Shown: piece after piece, positions 1-9,689 of the stretch
Position numbering within the stretch: position 1 is the stretch's first letter
Layout of the letters: every line of letters begins with the position of its first letter
Assembly (NCBI GenBank): GCA_963841645.1
Contig: CAWJDS010000017.1
Span: 215,609 to 279,608, forward strand
Length of the DNA stretch: 64,000 nucleotides
Source of the DNA: an uncultured Gammaproteobacteria bacterium
GTDB lineage: Bacteria; Pseudomonadota; Gammaproteobacteria; Steroidobacterales; Rariloculaceae
Reading direction: 5' to 3'
Notes under the pieces: model-generated
Databases searched by the model: none
What the model was told of the DNA's origin: nothing
The model's input: only the letters and a program-made list of their open reading frames with translations
Position numbers and translations under genes: made by a program

Positions 1-223
1 CGTTCTTCGCGATGCGGCGCGAGCTGCCGACGCCGTTCGACCGCGCGCCGCAACTACCGCGTGACGGTCGGCGATCGAATCTGGACGCGCGCTGTATCTG
101 CCGCTCGCGGCGCTCGTGCAGCGCATGGCCGAGGCGGTCGCGTGGCTGCAGCAGGGACGGATCGCGACCTATCTGCTCTACAGCTTCGTCACGCTGCTCG
201 TGCTGCTGGCGCTGGTGCTATGA
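1..223 (+). pseudogene. NuoL/HyfB-like antiporter-type membrane subunit, C-terminal end only (runs off left edge; frame change near nt 60)
   Basis: Frame 2 nt 65-223 reads RALYLPLAALVQRMAEAVAWLQQGRIATYLLYSFVTLLVLLALVL-stop. The stop TGA 221-223 overlaps the next ATG (ATGA). It sits directly upstream of the NuoH-like gene, as in hyf/hyc operons. Assignment rests mostly on context. Confidence 0.4.
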
Positions 224-1183
224 GCGCGCTGTCACTGGCTCACGCAGATGCTCGAGGTGCTCGCCGCGATCGCGGCCGCGCCGCTGTTCGTCGGGCTGGG
301 TCGACTCAGTGCCGCGCGTGGCTGCAGAACAAGTCCGCGCCGAGCATCTGGCTGCCCTATCGCGGCATCCGCAAGCTGTTCCACAAGGACGCGGTGCTCG
401 CCGACGCAGCGCGTCGTCGCTGTTTCGCGTTCGCGCCGTACGTCGTGTTCGGCACCATGGTGTGCGCGGCGGCGATCATTCCGTCGATGGGCACGCGCCT
501 GCCGTTCTCGAGCGCGGCCGACGCGATCGCGCTCGTCGGCCTGTTCGCCACGGCGCGCGTGTTCGTGTCGCTCGCGGCGATGGACGTCGGCACGGCGTTC
601 GGAACGCTCGGCGCGCGCCGCGAAATGATGGTCGGCTTTCTCGCCGAGCCCGCGCTGCTGATGGTGATCTTCGTCGCCTCGCTGATCTGCCGCGAGCACC
701 GCGCTGCCGGCGATCTCCGAAGCGCTCGCGACGCAGCCGCTCGCGCTGTATCCGAGCCTCGCGTTCACCGCCGTCGCGTTCATGCTGGTGCTGCTGGCGG
801 AGAACGCGCGCATCCCGGTCGACAATCCGGCGACGCACCTCGAGCTCACGATGATCCACGAGGCCATGCTGCTCGAGTATTCGGCGCGGCATCTGGCGCT
901 GATGGAATGGGCCGCGGCGCTCAAGCTCTTCAACTACGCCTGCATCGGCTTCGCGCTGTTCGTCCCGTGGGGCGTTGCGACGGCGCGAGGCCAGACGCCG
1001 GCCGCGCTGCTCGCTGTCGTTGCCGATCCTGGCGGCTCAAGCTCGCGGCCGCCGGCGCCGGGCTCGCGCTGATCGAGACGGTGTCGGCCAAGCTGCGCGT
1101 GTTCCGCGCGCCGGAGTTCCTCGCGACCGCGTTCCTGTTCGCCGTGCTCGGCCTGCTCGTCCACCTGCTGCTGCGGAGCCTGA
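220..1183 (+). pseudogene. HyfC/HycD/NuoH-like membrane subunit (frameshifted as read)
   Basis: Family segments: WLQNKSAPSIWLPYRGIRKLFHKDAV and VGLFATARVFVSLAAMDVGTAFGTLGARREMMVGFLAEPALLMVIF (frame 1); AFMLVLLAENARIPVDNPATHLELTMIHEAMLLEYSARHLALMEW (frame 2); LIETVSAKLRVFRAPEFL (frame 1). Frames switch 1-2-1-2-1. The 3' end is approximate. Confidence 0.75.
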
Positions 1184-1185
1184 CC

Positions 1186-1859
1186 ATGAGCGAGCTGCCG
1201 TTCGACCTGCAGATCCTCAATACGCTCGCGGCGCTGCTGCTGCTGCTCGTCGTTCGCGATGCTGTCGCAGCGGCGCGTCGTCACGCTGGTGAATCTGCTC
1301 GCGTTCCAGGGCGCGCTGCTGTGCGTCGGCGACGCTGCTGCTCGCCTGGCGCACCGGGCAGACACCATCTGTATTTCTCGGCGGCGCTGACGCTCGCGCT
1401 GAAGGTCGATCTTCCTGCCCTGGCTGCTGCACCGGCTGATCCGGCGGCTCGGCGTCTACTGGGACAGCGAGCCGCTGATCAACATCGCCGGCACGATGCT
1501 GCTGGGGCTTGCTGATCGTGATCTTCGCGTTCGGCCTCGCGCAGCCGATCGCCGCGCTCGCGAGCACGGCGACGCGCAGCACGATCGGCATCGCGGTCGC
1601 CGTCGTCCTGCTCGCGTTCCTGACGATGATCACGCGCCGCAAGGCGATGTCGCAGGTGGTCGGCTTCCTGTCGATGGAGAACGGCCTGTTCTTCGGCGCG
1701 ATGAGCGCGACCTACGGCATGCCGATGATCGTCGAGCTCGGCGTCGCGCTCGACGTCCTGGTCGCGATGCTCGTGCTCGGCGTGTTCTTCTTCCAGATCC
1801 GCGAGCAGTTCGACAGCCTCGATCTGCATCACCTCGAGTCGCTGAAGGAGGAGCAGTAG
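1186..1859 (+). pseudogene. HyfE/NuoK-like membrane subunit (frameshifted as read)
   Basis: N-terminus MSELPFDLQILNTLAALLLLL. The middle reads FAMLSQRRVVTLVNLLAFQGALLCV and IFLPWLLHRLIRRLGVYWDSEPLINIAGTML in other frames. ORF 1509-1859 carries MSQVVGFLSMENGLFFGAMSATYGMPMIVELGVALDVL. About five frame changes. Confidence 0.7.
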
Positions 1860-1860
1860 C

Positions 1861-3327
1861 GTGGAGTTCCTGCGTGCTGCTCGGCGACTCCGCTCGTCGG
1901 CGCGCGTGTGCCTGGCGTTGTTCGGCGCGCGGCGCTGGGCGCCCGAGGCGAACGCGGCGTTCAGCCTCGCGACGTTGATCGCCGCGTGCGCGCTCACCGC
2001 GCGCGTCATCGGCGAGGGGAATCTGCAGCGCGGCGCACGAGCAGTTCTTCATCGATCCGTTCAACGTGTTCCTGGTCACGCTCACCGCGTTCGTCGGCTT
2101 CACCACCTCGCTGTTCTCGCGGCCCTACATGCGCATCGAGCTCGAGCACGGCCGCGTCAAGCCGCGCGCAGCTGCGCCTGTATCACAGCATGTACCAGCT
2201 GTTCATCGCCGCGATGCTGATCGCGCTCACGACCAACAACATGGGGCTTGCTGTGGGTCGCGATGGAGGCGGCGACGCTCTCGACCGTGCTGCTCGTGAC
2301 GCTCTATCGCACGCCCGCGAGCCTCGAGGCAGGCTGGAAGTACTTCATCCTCTGCGGCGTCGGCATCGCGCAGGCGCTGTTCGGCACGATCCTGCTGTAC
2401 TTCGCGGCCGAGAAGGTGCTCGGCGGCGAGGGCATGACCGCGCTGCTGTGGACGCACCTCAACGCCGTGAAGGGCAGCTCGAGCCCGCCGTGCTCGAGCC
2501 TCGCGTTCGTGTTCCTGCTGGTCGGCTACGGCACCAAGGTCGGCTTGGCGCCGCTGCACAACTGGCTGCCCGACGCGCACGCCGAGGGCCCGACGCCGAT
2601 CTCGGCGGTGCTCTCGGGGCTGCTGCTGAACGTCGCGATTTACGCGGTCGTGCGCTGCAAGGTGCTCGTCGAAGGCTCGCTGCACTCGCCGCTGCCGTCG
2701 ACGCATGCTGATGGGCTTCGGACTCGTGTCGGTGGTGCTGGCGGCGTTCTTCCTCTGGCGACAGCGCGACATCAAGCGCCTGTTCGCGTACTCGTCGATC
2801 GAGCACATGGGCATCATCACGTTCGCGTTCGGCATGGGCGGCCCGGTGGCGAACTTCGCCGCGCTGCTGCACATGACGGTGCACTCGCTGACGAAGTCGG
2901 CGATCTTCTTCGCGGTCGGCCACGCCGCGCAGAAGGCGGGCACGCAGGTCATGGACGACATCCGCGGGCTCATCACGCTGAGCCCCGACCGTCGGCTGGG
3001 GCCTGATGCTCGGCGCGCTCGCGATCCTCGGCCTGCCGCCGTTCGGCGTGTTCGCGAGCGAGTTCCTGATCCTCACCACGGCGATGCGCGAGCAGCCGTG
3101 GGCGACGCCGATCCTGCTGCTGGCGCTCGGCGTCGCGTTCGCCGCGATCTTCGGCCGCGTGCAGCCGATGGTGTTCGGCGAGACCACGCGCGAAGCGCCT
3201 GCCGCATCCGCCGGCGCTGCTGCCGGTGTTCGCGCACCTCGGGCTCGTGCTGATGCTCGGCTTGTTCATCCCGCCGTACCTCGCCGACTGGTTCCGGCTG
3301 GCGGCGCAACTGATCGCGGGGTCCTGA
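1861..3327 (+). pseudogene. HyfF/NuoN-NuoM-like proton-translocating membrane subunit (frameshifted as read)
   Basis: GTG at 1861 follows the previous stop by one nt. Motifs: FNVFLVTLTAFVGFTTSLFSRPYM, LRLYHSMYQLFIAAMLIALTTNNMGL, LWVAMEAATLSTVLLV, GYGTKVGLAPLHNWLPDAHAEGPTPISAVLSGLLLN, FAYSSIEHMGIITFAFG, HSLTKSAIFF, LGLPPFGVFASEF. These are spread over three frames with at least six changes. Stop TGA 3325-3327. Confidence 0.8.
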
Positions 3328-3331
3328 GGGA

Positions 3332-4891
3332 ATGCTGCGCGCATGGCTCGAGCAGATCCACCGACGCTGCCCGGCGCGCCGGGCGTGCGGCGCCTCGCGG
3401 CGACGCTCGGAGACTTGGCAGCCGATGCGCGCGCGACGTCGCGGCGACCGGCGGCCGGCTGCTGGCGCTGTGGGCCGATCGCGCGGCGAACGCCGCCGTG
3501 CATCGCCGCGTTCCTCTGCCGACGGCGCAGCGCTGCTGGTCGATCTCGCGCTGGAGCTGCCGGCGACGATGGCGTACCTATCCGGCCTCGCGGACATCTT
3601 TCCCGCGCGGCGCGCATGCAGCGCGCGGCCGCGGATCTCACGCGGCGTGCGCGCGCGCGATGCGGACCAGCGCCCGTGGCTGCGCCACGCGGCGTGGCCG
3701 CGCGACTACTACCGCTCGCGCCGCGCTCGCCGGCTACGCGGGTCGACGGCACGCCGCCGCCCGACGACTATCCGTTCGTGCGCGTCGCCGGCGACGGCGT
3801 GCACGAGATTCCGGTCGGGCCCGGTGCACGCCGGCATCATCGAGCCCGGGCATTTCCGCTTCTCGATCGTCGGCGAAAAGGTGCTCAAGCTCGAGGAGCG
3901 TCTCGGCTACGTGCACAAGGGCATCGAGCGGCGTTCTCCGAGCACGAAGCTCGCTCGAAGGGCCACCGGCTCGCGGCGCGCGTGTCGGGCGATTCGGCCG
4001 TCGCGTATCTCTTGGGCGTACTGCCAGGCGCTCGAGGGCATCGCGCGCTGCGACGGTGCCCGACGCGCGCGGCTCTGGCTGCGCGCGCTTGCGCTCGAGT
4101 GCGAGCGCATCGCGAACCATCTCGGCGATCTCGGCGCGCTCGGCAACGACGCGGGATTCGCCTTCGGCCTCGCGCAGTTCTCCCGATTCAAGGAGCATCT
4201 GGCTGCGCGCGCTCGACGTCGGCGCTCGGCCAGCGCTATCTCATCGATTTCGTCGTGCCGGGCGGCGTCGCGCGCGACGCGCGCGACGACCAGCTCGCGC
4301 GACTCGCTGACTGCGCGCGCGATGCTCGGCGCCGAGGCCGCGACGCTGCGCACGATCTACGACGAGCACGCCGGCGTGCGCGATCGATTCGCCGGCGCCG
4401 GCACCGTGACGCCGGACCTCGCCGCGCGGCTCGGACTCATCGGGCTCGCGGGCCGCGCGAGCGGGCAGGCTCTCGACCTGCGCGTCGATCTGCCGTGCGC
4501 GTCCGTACGCGGAGCTCGATCCGTGCGAAGAGCGGCGCGCGACGATGGCGACGTGGCCGCGCGCGTCGCGGTGCGCTTCGACGAGCTGACCGAGTCGCTG
4601 CGCCTCGTGCGCGAGATCGTCGAGCAATTGCCGCCCGGCGAGCTGTGGCGCCGACGTTGCCGCCGGCCGACGGAGGGCGCGCGCGGCATCGGCCTCATCG
4701 AAGGCTGGCGCGGACCAGTGCTCGTCGCGCTCGACCGCGGGCCCGGACGGCTACATCGGCGCTGCCATCCGCACGACCCTTCGTGGCAGAACTGGCCGGT
4801 GCTCGAGCACGCGATCATCGGCAACATCGTGCCGGATTTCCCGCTGATCAATAAGTCTTTCAACCTCTCCTACAGCGGGCACGATCTCTAG
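3332..4891 (+). pseudogene. NuoCD/HycE-like large subunit of a group-4-hydrogenase-related complex, NiFe cysteine ligands absent (frameshifted as read)
   Basis: ORF 3332-4891 stays open, but the homology alternates between frames 2 and 1. Motifs: GPVHAGIIEPGHFRFSIVGEKVLKLEERLGYVHKGIE, LAARVSGDSAVAY, ALECERIANHLGDLGALGNDAGFAFG, GIGLIEGWRGPV, DPSWQNWPVLEHAIIGNIVPDFPLINKSFNLSYSGHDL-stop. Confidence 0.8.
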
Positions 4892-4893
4892 CC

Positions 4894-5414
4894 ATGTGGA
4901 AGACGCTCCGCAAGATCTGCTCGCATCGGCATCGTCACCGAACCCCCGCCCGCGACCGACGAGGCGCTGCGTGTCGGCGAGCATCTGCAGGCCGAGATTC
5001 GCGCGCATGCTGGGTCGCGCGCTGTGCATTCGCCACGTCGATGCGGGTTCGTGCAACGGCTGCGAGCTCGAGATCCACGCGCTCGGCAATCCGTTCTACA
5101 ACATCGAAGGGTACTAGGCATCAGATTCGTCGCCAGCCCGCGGCACGCGGACTTGCTGCTCGTGACGGGGCCCGTCTCGCGCAACATGGAGCTCGCGCTC
5201 CGCCGCACGTACGACGCGACGCCGGATCCGAAGCTCGTCGTCGCGATCGGCGATTGCGGCTGCACCGGCGGGATATTCGGCGAGAGCTACGCGACCGCCG
5301 GTCGCGTCGCGAACGTGATTCCGGTGGACGTCGCCGTGCCAGGCTGCCCTCCGCATCCGAGACAGGATTCTCGCCGGTATTCTGACCGCGATCCGCGCGA
5401 CAAGCAGCGGTTAG
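4894..5414 (+). pseudogene. HycG/NuoB-like [4Fe-4S] small subunit (frameshifted as read)
   Basis: ATG 4894 lies 3 nt after the previous stop. LCIRHVDAGSCNGCELEIHALGNPFYNIEGY is in frame 3, followed by an in-frame TAG at 5115-5117. Then GIRFVASPRHADLLLVTGPVSRNMELALRRTYDATPDPKLVVAIGDCGCTGGIFGESY...VAVPGCPPHP is in frame 2. The tail ILAGILTAIRATSSG-stop (5412-5414) is in a third frame. Confidence 0.8.
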
Positions 5415-5567
5415 TTTGGGCTCGCTGCCGTGCTCGCGGCCGGGAGTGTCAGCGTCGAATCGGCGGGTGACGCGATGCGCAATCTACACTGAAAAATCGA
5501 ACTAATCGCGTCGCGAGCCCGCGACAGCCGCGCCGTTGCTCGTGTCGGGCCGGGTCTCGGCGACCTC

Positions 5568-6641
5568 TTACGCGTGCACGCGCGGGCCGGCGCTTCGACG
5601 CGGTGGCGCTCTACGACTATGTCTCGGATTGCGGCGTGCGGCTCGTGCTGCCTCGGTCGAACCGAGCGAAGTTGGGCGGAGCAGCGCTCGCCGTGGAGAC
5701 GCCCGGGTGGACAAGCCCGCGGTGGAGAACCGGTAGCCGTTGCCGCCGGCGTCCTTCGCTTCGTACATTGCCACGTCCGCGGACTTGAGTAGAGCTTCGG
5801 CATTGGCGCCGTCGATCGGGTAGACCGCGATGCCCACGCTTGCCGTCACGCGCAACTTGCGCCCGAAGACGTCGTGCGGTGCCGCGACCGCGGCGATCAT
5901 CTTCTCCGCGCCGAGCGCCGCATGCTCGGCATGATCGAGCTCCGAGAGCAGCACCACGAACTCGTCGCCGCCGTTGCGACTCAACGTATCGGAAGCGCGG
6001 ACAGCGGCCTTCAGACGCAGCGCGACGCTCCGGATCAGCTCGTCGCCGACAGCATGCCCCAGCAAGTCGTTGATAGGCTTGAGGCCGTCGAGATCGATGA
6101 AGAGTACCGCGACCTGCTTGTGACCGCGATGAGCCAAAGCGATCGCCTGAGTGATTCGATCGAATAGAAGAACGCGGTTCGGCAAGTCCGTGAGAAAGTC
6201 GTGGCATGCGAGATGCGACATCTTGAGCGCGCTCGCGCGCACCTCGCTTACGTCATGAAAGACGATGACCGCGCCGATTACGAGCCCGTTTCGGTCGTGG
6301 ATCGGAGCCGTGGAGTCCTCGATGGCGAATTCGAAGCCGTCGCGCCGGATGAGAACGCTGTTCGCCGCCAATGCAACGGGCTCGTTCCGTTCGATCGCGA
6401 GCCGCAGGGGATTGCGCGTCAGCGGTTCTCGCGTCGAGCCGTCCACGACTTGAAGCACTTCGGCGACCGCCTGGCCCTTCGCTTCGGCGCATGACCAGCC
6501 TGTCAGCGCTTCCGCGGCCGCGTTGAGATACGTCACGTTGCCCACGTTGTCGGAGGTCAGGATTGCGTCGGCGATGGAGTCGAGCGTGACTTGGGCCTGG
6601 TCCGCGTCGCGGCCATTGCTGGGATTGGGGTTGCGCGTCAT
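5568..6641 (-). CDS. PAS-domain diguanylate cyclase (GGDEF)
   Basis: PAS-like N-terminal half (LDSIADAILTSDNVGNVTYLNAAAEALTGW). GGDEF domain motifs DFLTDLPNRVLL, AVLFIDLDGLKPINDLLGHAVGDELI, RNGGDEFVVLL, SVGIAVYP. ATG 6641 chosen inside the longer ORF. The last ~45 codons are Arg-rich and may be off-frame. Confidence 0.85.
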   Translation of the reverse strand: MTRNPNPSNGRDADQAQVTLDSIADAILTSDNVGNVTYLNAAAEALTGWSCAEAKGQAVAEVLQVVDGSTREPLTRNPLRLAIERNEPVALAANSVLIRRDGFEFAIEDSTAPIHDRNGLVIGAVIVFHDVSEVRASALKMSHLACHDFLTDLPNRVLLFDRITQAIALAHRGHKQVAVLFIDLDGLKPINDLLGHAVGDELIRSVALRLKAAVRASDTLSRNGGDEFVVLLSELDHAEHAALGAEKMIAAVAAPHDVFGRKLRVTASVGIAVYPIDGANAEALLKSADVAMYEAKDAGGNGYRFSTAGLSTRASPRRALLRPTSLGSTEAARAARRNPRHSRRAPPRRSAGPRVHA

Positions 6642-6871
6642 AAGACTGTCCGGGACATCCGTGCGAAGACATCGACCGCTACGGTGACGCCGACGACGCG
6701 CGCGGTCTGTGTGGCACCGAACATATTCGTGCACGGTGAACGCTCGCGAAATTGGTGGCGCGATCTTCCGATCGCGGCCAACGTTCTGCTGCTAAGGACG
6801 ATGGATTAGTCGATCACCGGTACCACGGCGCAACGCCTTGGATTTCTAACCGTCGAGACGAACGAGGACGG

Positions 6872-7123
6872 TTAGGTGCTGAGCTCGCGCGCCGCGGGTT
6901 CGGCGAATGGCGACGGCCGGTTACGAAGTGTTGGCACTTTGCAGATTCGGCGCCGCACTTCGACGAGCCTTTCACGCGCTTGATCTTCGATCAATAACGC
7001 GGCCGTCATGGTGTCCTTGTTGTGTGACGGCCTAGCGACCGCCGTCCTGGCGAGTTGATAGACCACGCGGGCAAGGGCGTACTCGGCCAGGAGAGGCTGC
7101 CAATCATTCTGTTGGCGCGTCAT
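6872..7123 (-). CDS. small hypothetical protein (83 aa), translationally coupled to the Crp/Fnr gene
   Basis: The ATG overlaps the upstream stop (ATGA at 7120-7123). Non-Arg-biased helical composition (MTRQQNDWQPLLAEYALARVVYQLARTAV...). No family recognised. Confidence 0.4.
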   Translation of the reverse strand: MTRQQNDWQPLLAEYALARVVYQLARTAVARPSHNKDTMTAALLIEDQARERLVEVRRRICKVPTLRNRPSPFAEPAARELST

Positions 7124-7980
7124 ACGCCATAACCTACGCCGGTTCTTGGCGGCGCGTTTGTTCGATGACGAACATAACGGTCAAGAGGGCCGGCGGGGCC
7201 GAAACGTTCAGACCCTCCTCGCAGGCCGCGAGCGGCGCATGCCATCCGCGGACCGGGCTCTCTAGCTACGCGTAGAGGCGTCAACAGGCGATCTGTTTCC
7301 TTCTTGACCACGGCATAGCATTCGCACGACAGCTTCTCGAGCTTGGGCCGGTCGAGAACGGTGATATGCCCGCGGCTGTATCGAATCACGCCTTTCTCTT
7401 GCAGCTTGCCAGCCGCTCCCGTCACGCCTTCGCGGCGCACGCCGAGCATGTTGGCGATCAGCTCTTGTGTCATGTCCAATCGATTCGATGGCAGACGATC
7501 GAGAGACAGCAGCAACCAGCGGCACAGTTGCTGATCGACCGAATGATGGCGGTTGCAGACCGCGGTTTGAGCCATCTGCGTGATCAGGGACTGCGTGTAG
7601 CGCAGCAGCACGTGCAACAATTGGCCATGGCGCTCGAACTCTAGCTTCAGCCGCCGTCCGGTGAGTCGATATGCGAAGCCCGAGCTTTGCACGATCGCCC
7701 GACTCGGTGTGGTCTCACCGCCCATGAAGAGCGAAACGCCGATCGCGCCTTCGTGGCCCACGATGGCAATCTCGGCCGACGCGCCGTCTTTCATGACGTA
7801 CAGCAGTGAGACGATCGAGTCGGTCGGGAAATAGATGTGGCGCAGCGCTTCGCCCGACTCGTAGAGGACCATACCGAGCGGCATCTCGACCAGCGTCAGA
7901 TGCGGAAACAGTCGTTCGCGCTCCTCGGCGGGAAGTGAGTCGAGGATATGATTCTCGCGCGGGTCGTGGCGCTCGGGCAC
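7120..7980 (-). CDS. Crp/Fnr family transcriptional regulator
   Basis: cNMP-binding-like N-terminal domain (LYESGEALRHIYFPTDSIVSLLYVMKDGASAEIAIVGHEGAIG). C-terminal HTH (MTQELIANMLGVRREGVTGAAGKLQEKGVIRYSRGHITVLD). GTG start. About 50 extra C-terminal residues compared with what I expect for this family. Confidence 0.85.
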   Translation of the reverse strand: MPERHDPRENHILDSLPAEERERLFPHLTLVEMPLGMVLYESGEALRHIYFPTDSIVSLLYVMKDGASAEIAIVGHEGAIGVSLFMGGETTPSRAIVQSSGFAYRLTGRRLKLEFERHGQLLHVLLRYTQSLITQMAQTAVCNRHHSVDQQLCRWLLLSLDRLPSNRLDMTQELIANMLGVRREGVTGAAGKLQEKGVIRYSRGHITVLDRPKLEKLSCECYAVVKKETDRLLTPLRVAREPGPRMACAARGLRGGSERFGPAGPLDRYVRHRTNAPPRTGVGYGV

Positions 7981-8043
7981 TAGGCTGCACTCTCGGCGAG
8001 AGGAGAGGCTGAGCCCGTGAGTCTACGCCTCTTTGTGCGGTGC

Positions 8044-8059
8044 CGCACATCGAGACACC
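8044..8059. promoter_or_regulatory. CRP-type inverted repeat TGTGC-N6-GCACA in the crp-like/ompA-like divergent intergenic region
   Basis: tgtgcggtgccgcaca has 7-bp arms (tgtgcgg/ccgcaca) around a 2-nt centre. It lies 64 nt upstream of the Crp/Fnr start codon. The architecture matches TGTGA-N6-TCACA class sites. Function is inferred only. Confidence 0.3.
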
Positions 8060-8294
8060 CGTGCACCTCATAGGTTCGTACGAGAGAAGGCTGGCGAACA
8101 TATTCCGAGCGCCATCGCGCGTCTGTACTCCACCGCACGCTACCGTCTGATTCACCCACAACACTTGCGAGAAGCGGCTACCTTTTCGTCGAGGTCTGAG
8201 TGCGCCAGCGCACCGACTCACCACGGCCTTCTAGATACTTTGCTTAGTCAATTTGAAGAAGTGTCCATTTGGTCGTTCGCTAGAGGGTCGTGAA

Positions 8295-9689
8295 ATGCAA
8301 ACGAAATACGAAAACTTAGCAGGCCGCGGCGTTGCCGTGGCCCGAGTAGTGAAGAGAATCGCCACAAACCGAACGATGATCGTCGTGGTGACGGCCTGGG
8401 GCGCCATCGGCGCCGCGCCGGTCTCGACGTTTGCGCAAGGTGCTCAGCAGCCCAAGGCGGCCATCGCGAGCTCCGATACGCTGAGTCAGATCTCGATGTT
8501 CAGCTATCGCGACGGCCGAAAGTCGGACTTGTTCTTTCGCGGCACGCCGATCGCGGCGAAAGCTGAAGGCAGTGCGCGGGTGGAATTCGAGAACGGCAAC
8601 GCGAGAATCTCCTCAAAAGTAAAAGACCTGCCGAAGCCTGCATCGCTTGGCCCTTACACGACCTATGTGCTCTGGGCGATAACGCCCGACGGCCGCGCCT
8701 CGAATCAGGGCGTGCTCGTAGGAGCGGAAGGCGGGAAGGGCAAGATGGAGACCCAGTACGGCGCGTCGCAGTTCGCACTGATAGTCACGGCCGAGCCGCA
8801 CTTTGCAGTGACGGTGCCGAGCACGATGGTTGCGCTGTACAACATCGCCGACAACGTGGAGGGTGCCGCGGAGTCCAAGGTCACGACACTGACCGAACGC
8901 GCCGACTACTCGAATCTCACGGGTATCGCGATCGATAAGACCACTCCGGACGAAATCGTGCAGGCCCGCTACGCGGTCGCAATCGCGAAGAGCGCGGGCG
9001 CGGATCGCTTCGCCACGCAGTCCTTTGAGACAGCCACGCAGAAGCTAGCCGCCGCCGAAACCGCGCTGAAGGGCAAGAGCTCGCAACGCAAGACCGCTCC
9101 CGCCCTGGCTCGCGAGGCTGTGACCGCCGGTGAGGACGCGCGCCGCGCGGGGATGCTCGCATCCGCCGCCGCCGCAACGGAGGCAGAGAGCCGGGCCGCC
9201 GCGGACGTCGCCGCGCAAGCCGCAGCCGAGGCGCAACGGCAGAAATCAGCCGGGGAAGCTGCAGTGACGGCACGCCGAGACTTGCTTAGCCGGTTGAATG
9301 CGGCGCTCCCGACACGCGAATCCGATCGCGGGCTGATCTCGGAGATCGGCGGCGTACAGTTCGCAACGGGCACCGCAAATATCAACGCGTCGGCGCGCGA
9401 GGGCCTCGCGAAATTCTCGGGCATCGTAGCCTCCTATCCCGGCTTGCGGTTCAACGTCGAGGGACACACCGATAGCACGGGCAGCGACGCGACAAACAAC
9501 GAGCTGTCGATGCGGCGCGCCATCACCGTGCGCGACTATTTGATCGCTCAAGGTGTCCCGGCCTCGAGCATCGACGTTGCGGGGCTCGGCTCATCCACGC
9601 CACTTGGCGACAACACGACGGCGGATGGGCGTTCGCGCAACCGCCGTGTCGATATCGTGCTATCGGGAGGACTGCTCGCCTCAAGATAG
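8295..9689 (+). CDS. OmpA-family protein (C-terminal OmpA/peptidoglycan-binding domain)
   Basis: C-terminus: FATGTANINASAREGLAKFSGIVASYPGLRFNVEGHTDSTGSDATNNELSMRRAITVRDYLIAQGVPASSIDVAGLGSSTPLGDNTTADGRSRNRRVDIVL. Ala-rich coiled-coil-like middle and an N-terminal signal-like segment. ATG 8295 is preceded by agaggg, and the ORF extends to 8253. Confidence 0.85.
   Translation: MQTKYENLAGRGVAVARVVKRIATNRTMIVVVTAWGAIGAAPVSTFAQGAQQPKAAIASSDTLSQISMFSYRDGRKSDLFFRGTPIAAKAEGSARVEFENGNARISSKVKDLPKPASLGPYTTYVLWAITPDGRASNQGVLVGAEGGKGKMETQYGASQFALIVTAEPHFAVTVPSTMVALYNIADNVEGAAESKVTTLTERADYSNLTGIAIDKTTPDEIVQARYAVAIAKSAGADRFATQSFETATQKLAAAETALKGKSSQRKTAPALAREAVTAGEDARRAGMLASAAAATEAESRAAADVAAQAAAEAQRQKSAGEAAVTARRDLLSRLNAALPTRESDRGLISEIGGVQFATGTANINASAREGLAKFSGIVASYPGLRFNVEGHTDSTGSDATNNELSMRRAITVRDYLIAQGVPASSIDVAGLGSSTPLGDNTTADGRSRNRRVDIVLSGGLLASR

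Noticed and set aside
5115-5117. In-frame TAG inside the NuoB-like gene as a recoding (Pyl/Sec-type) event
   Set aside because: Removing two nucleotides (tac-TA-ggc) restores the conserved ...NIEGYGIRFVASPRHAD... sequence exactly. That makes it an indel, not recoding.
5411-5700. Possible remnant of an EAL domain after the GGDEF domain (off-frame ...ERCSAQLRSV...IRDIVVERHRVEAPARA... vaguely like ER..LE..LR..L...YQP...GR..G.EALAR)
   Set aside because: The similarity is weak, needs several frame hops, and there is room for only ~60 residues before the convergent NuoB-like gene. This is not enough evidence for a truncated GGDEF-EAL protein.
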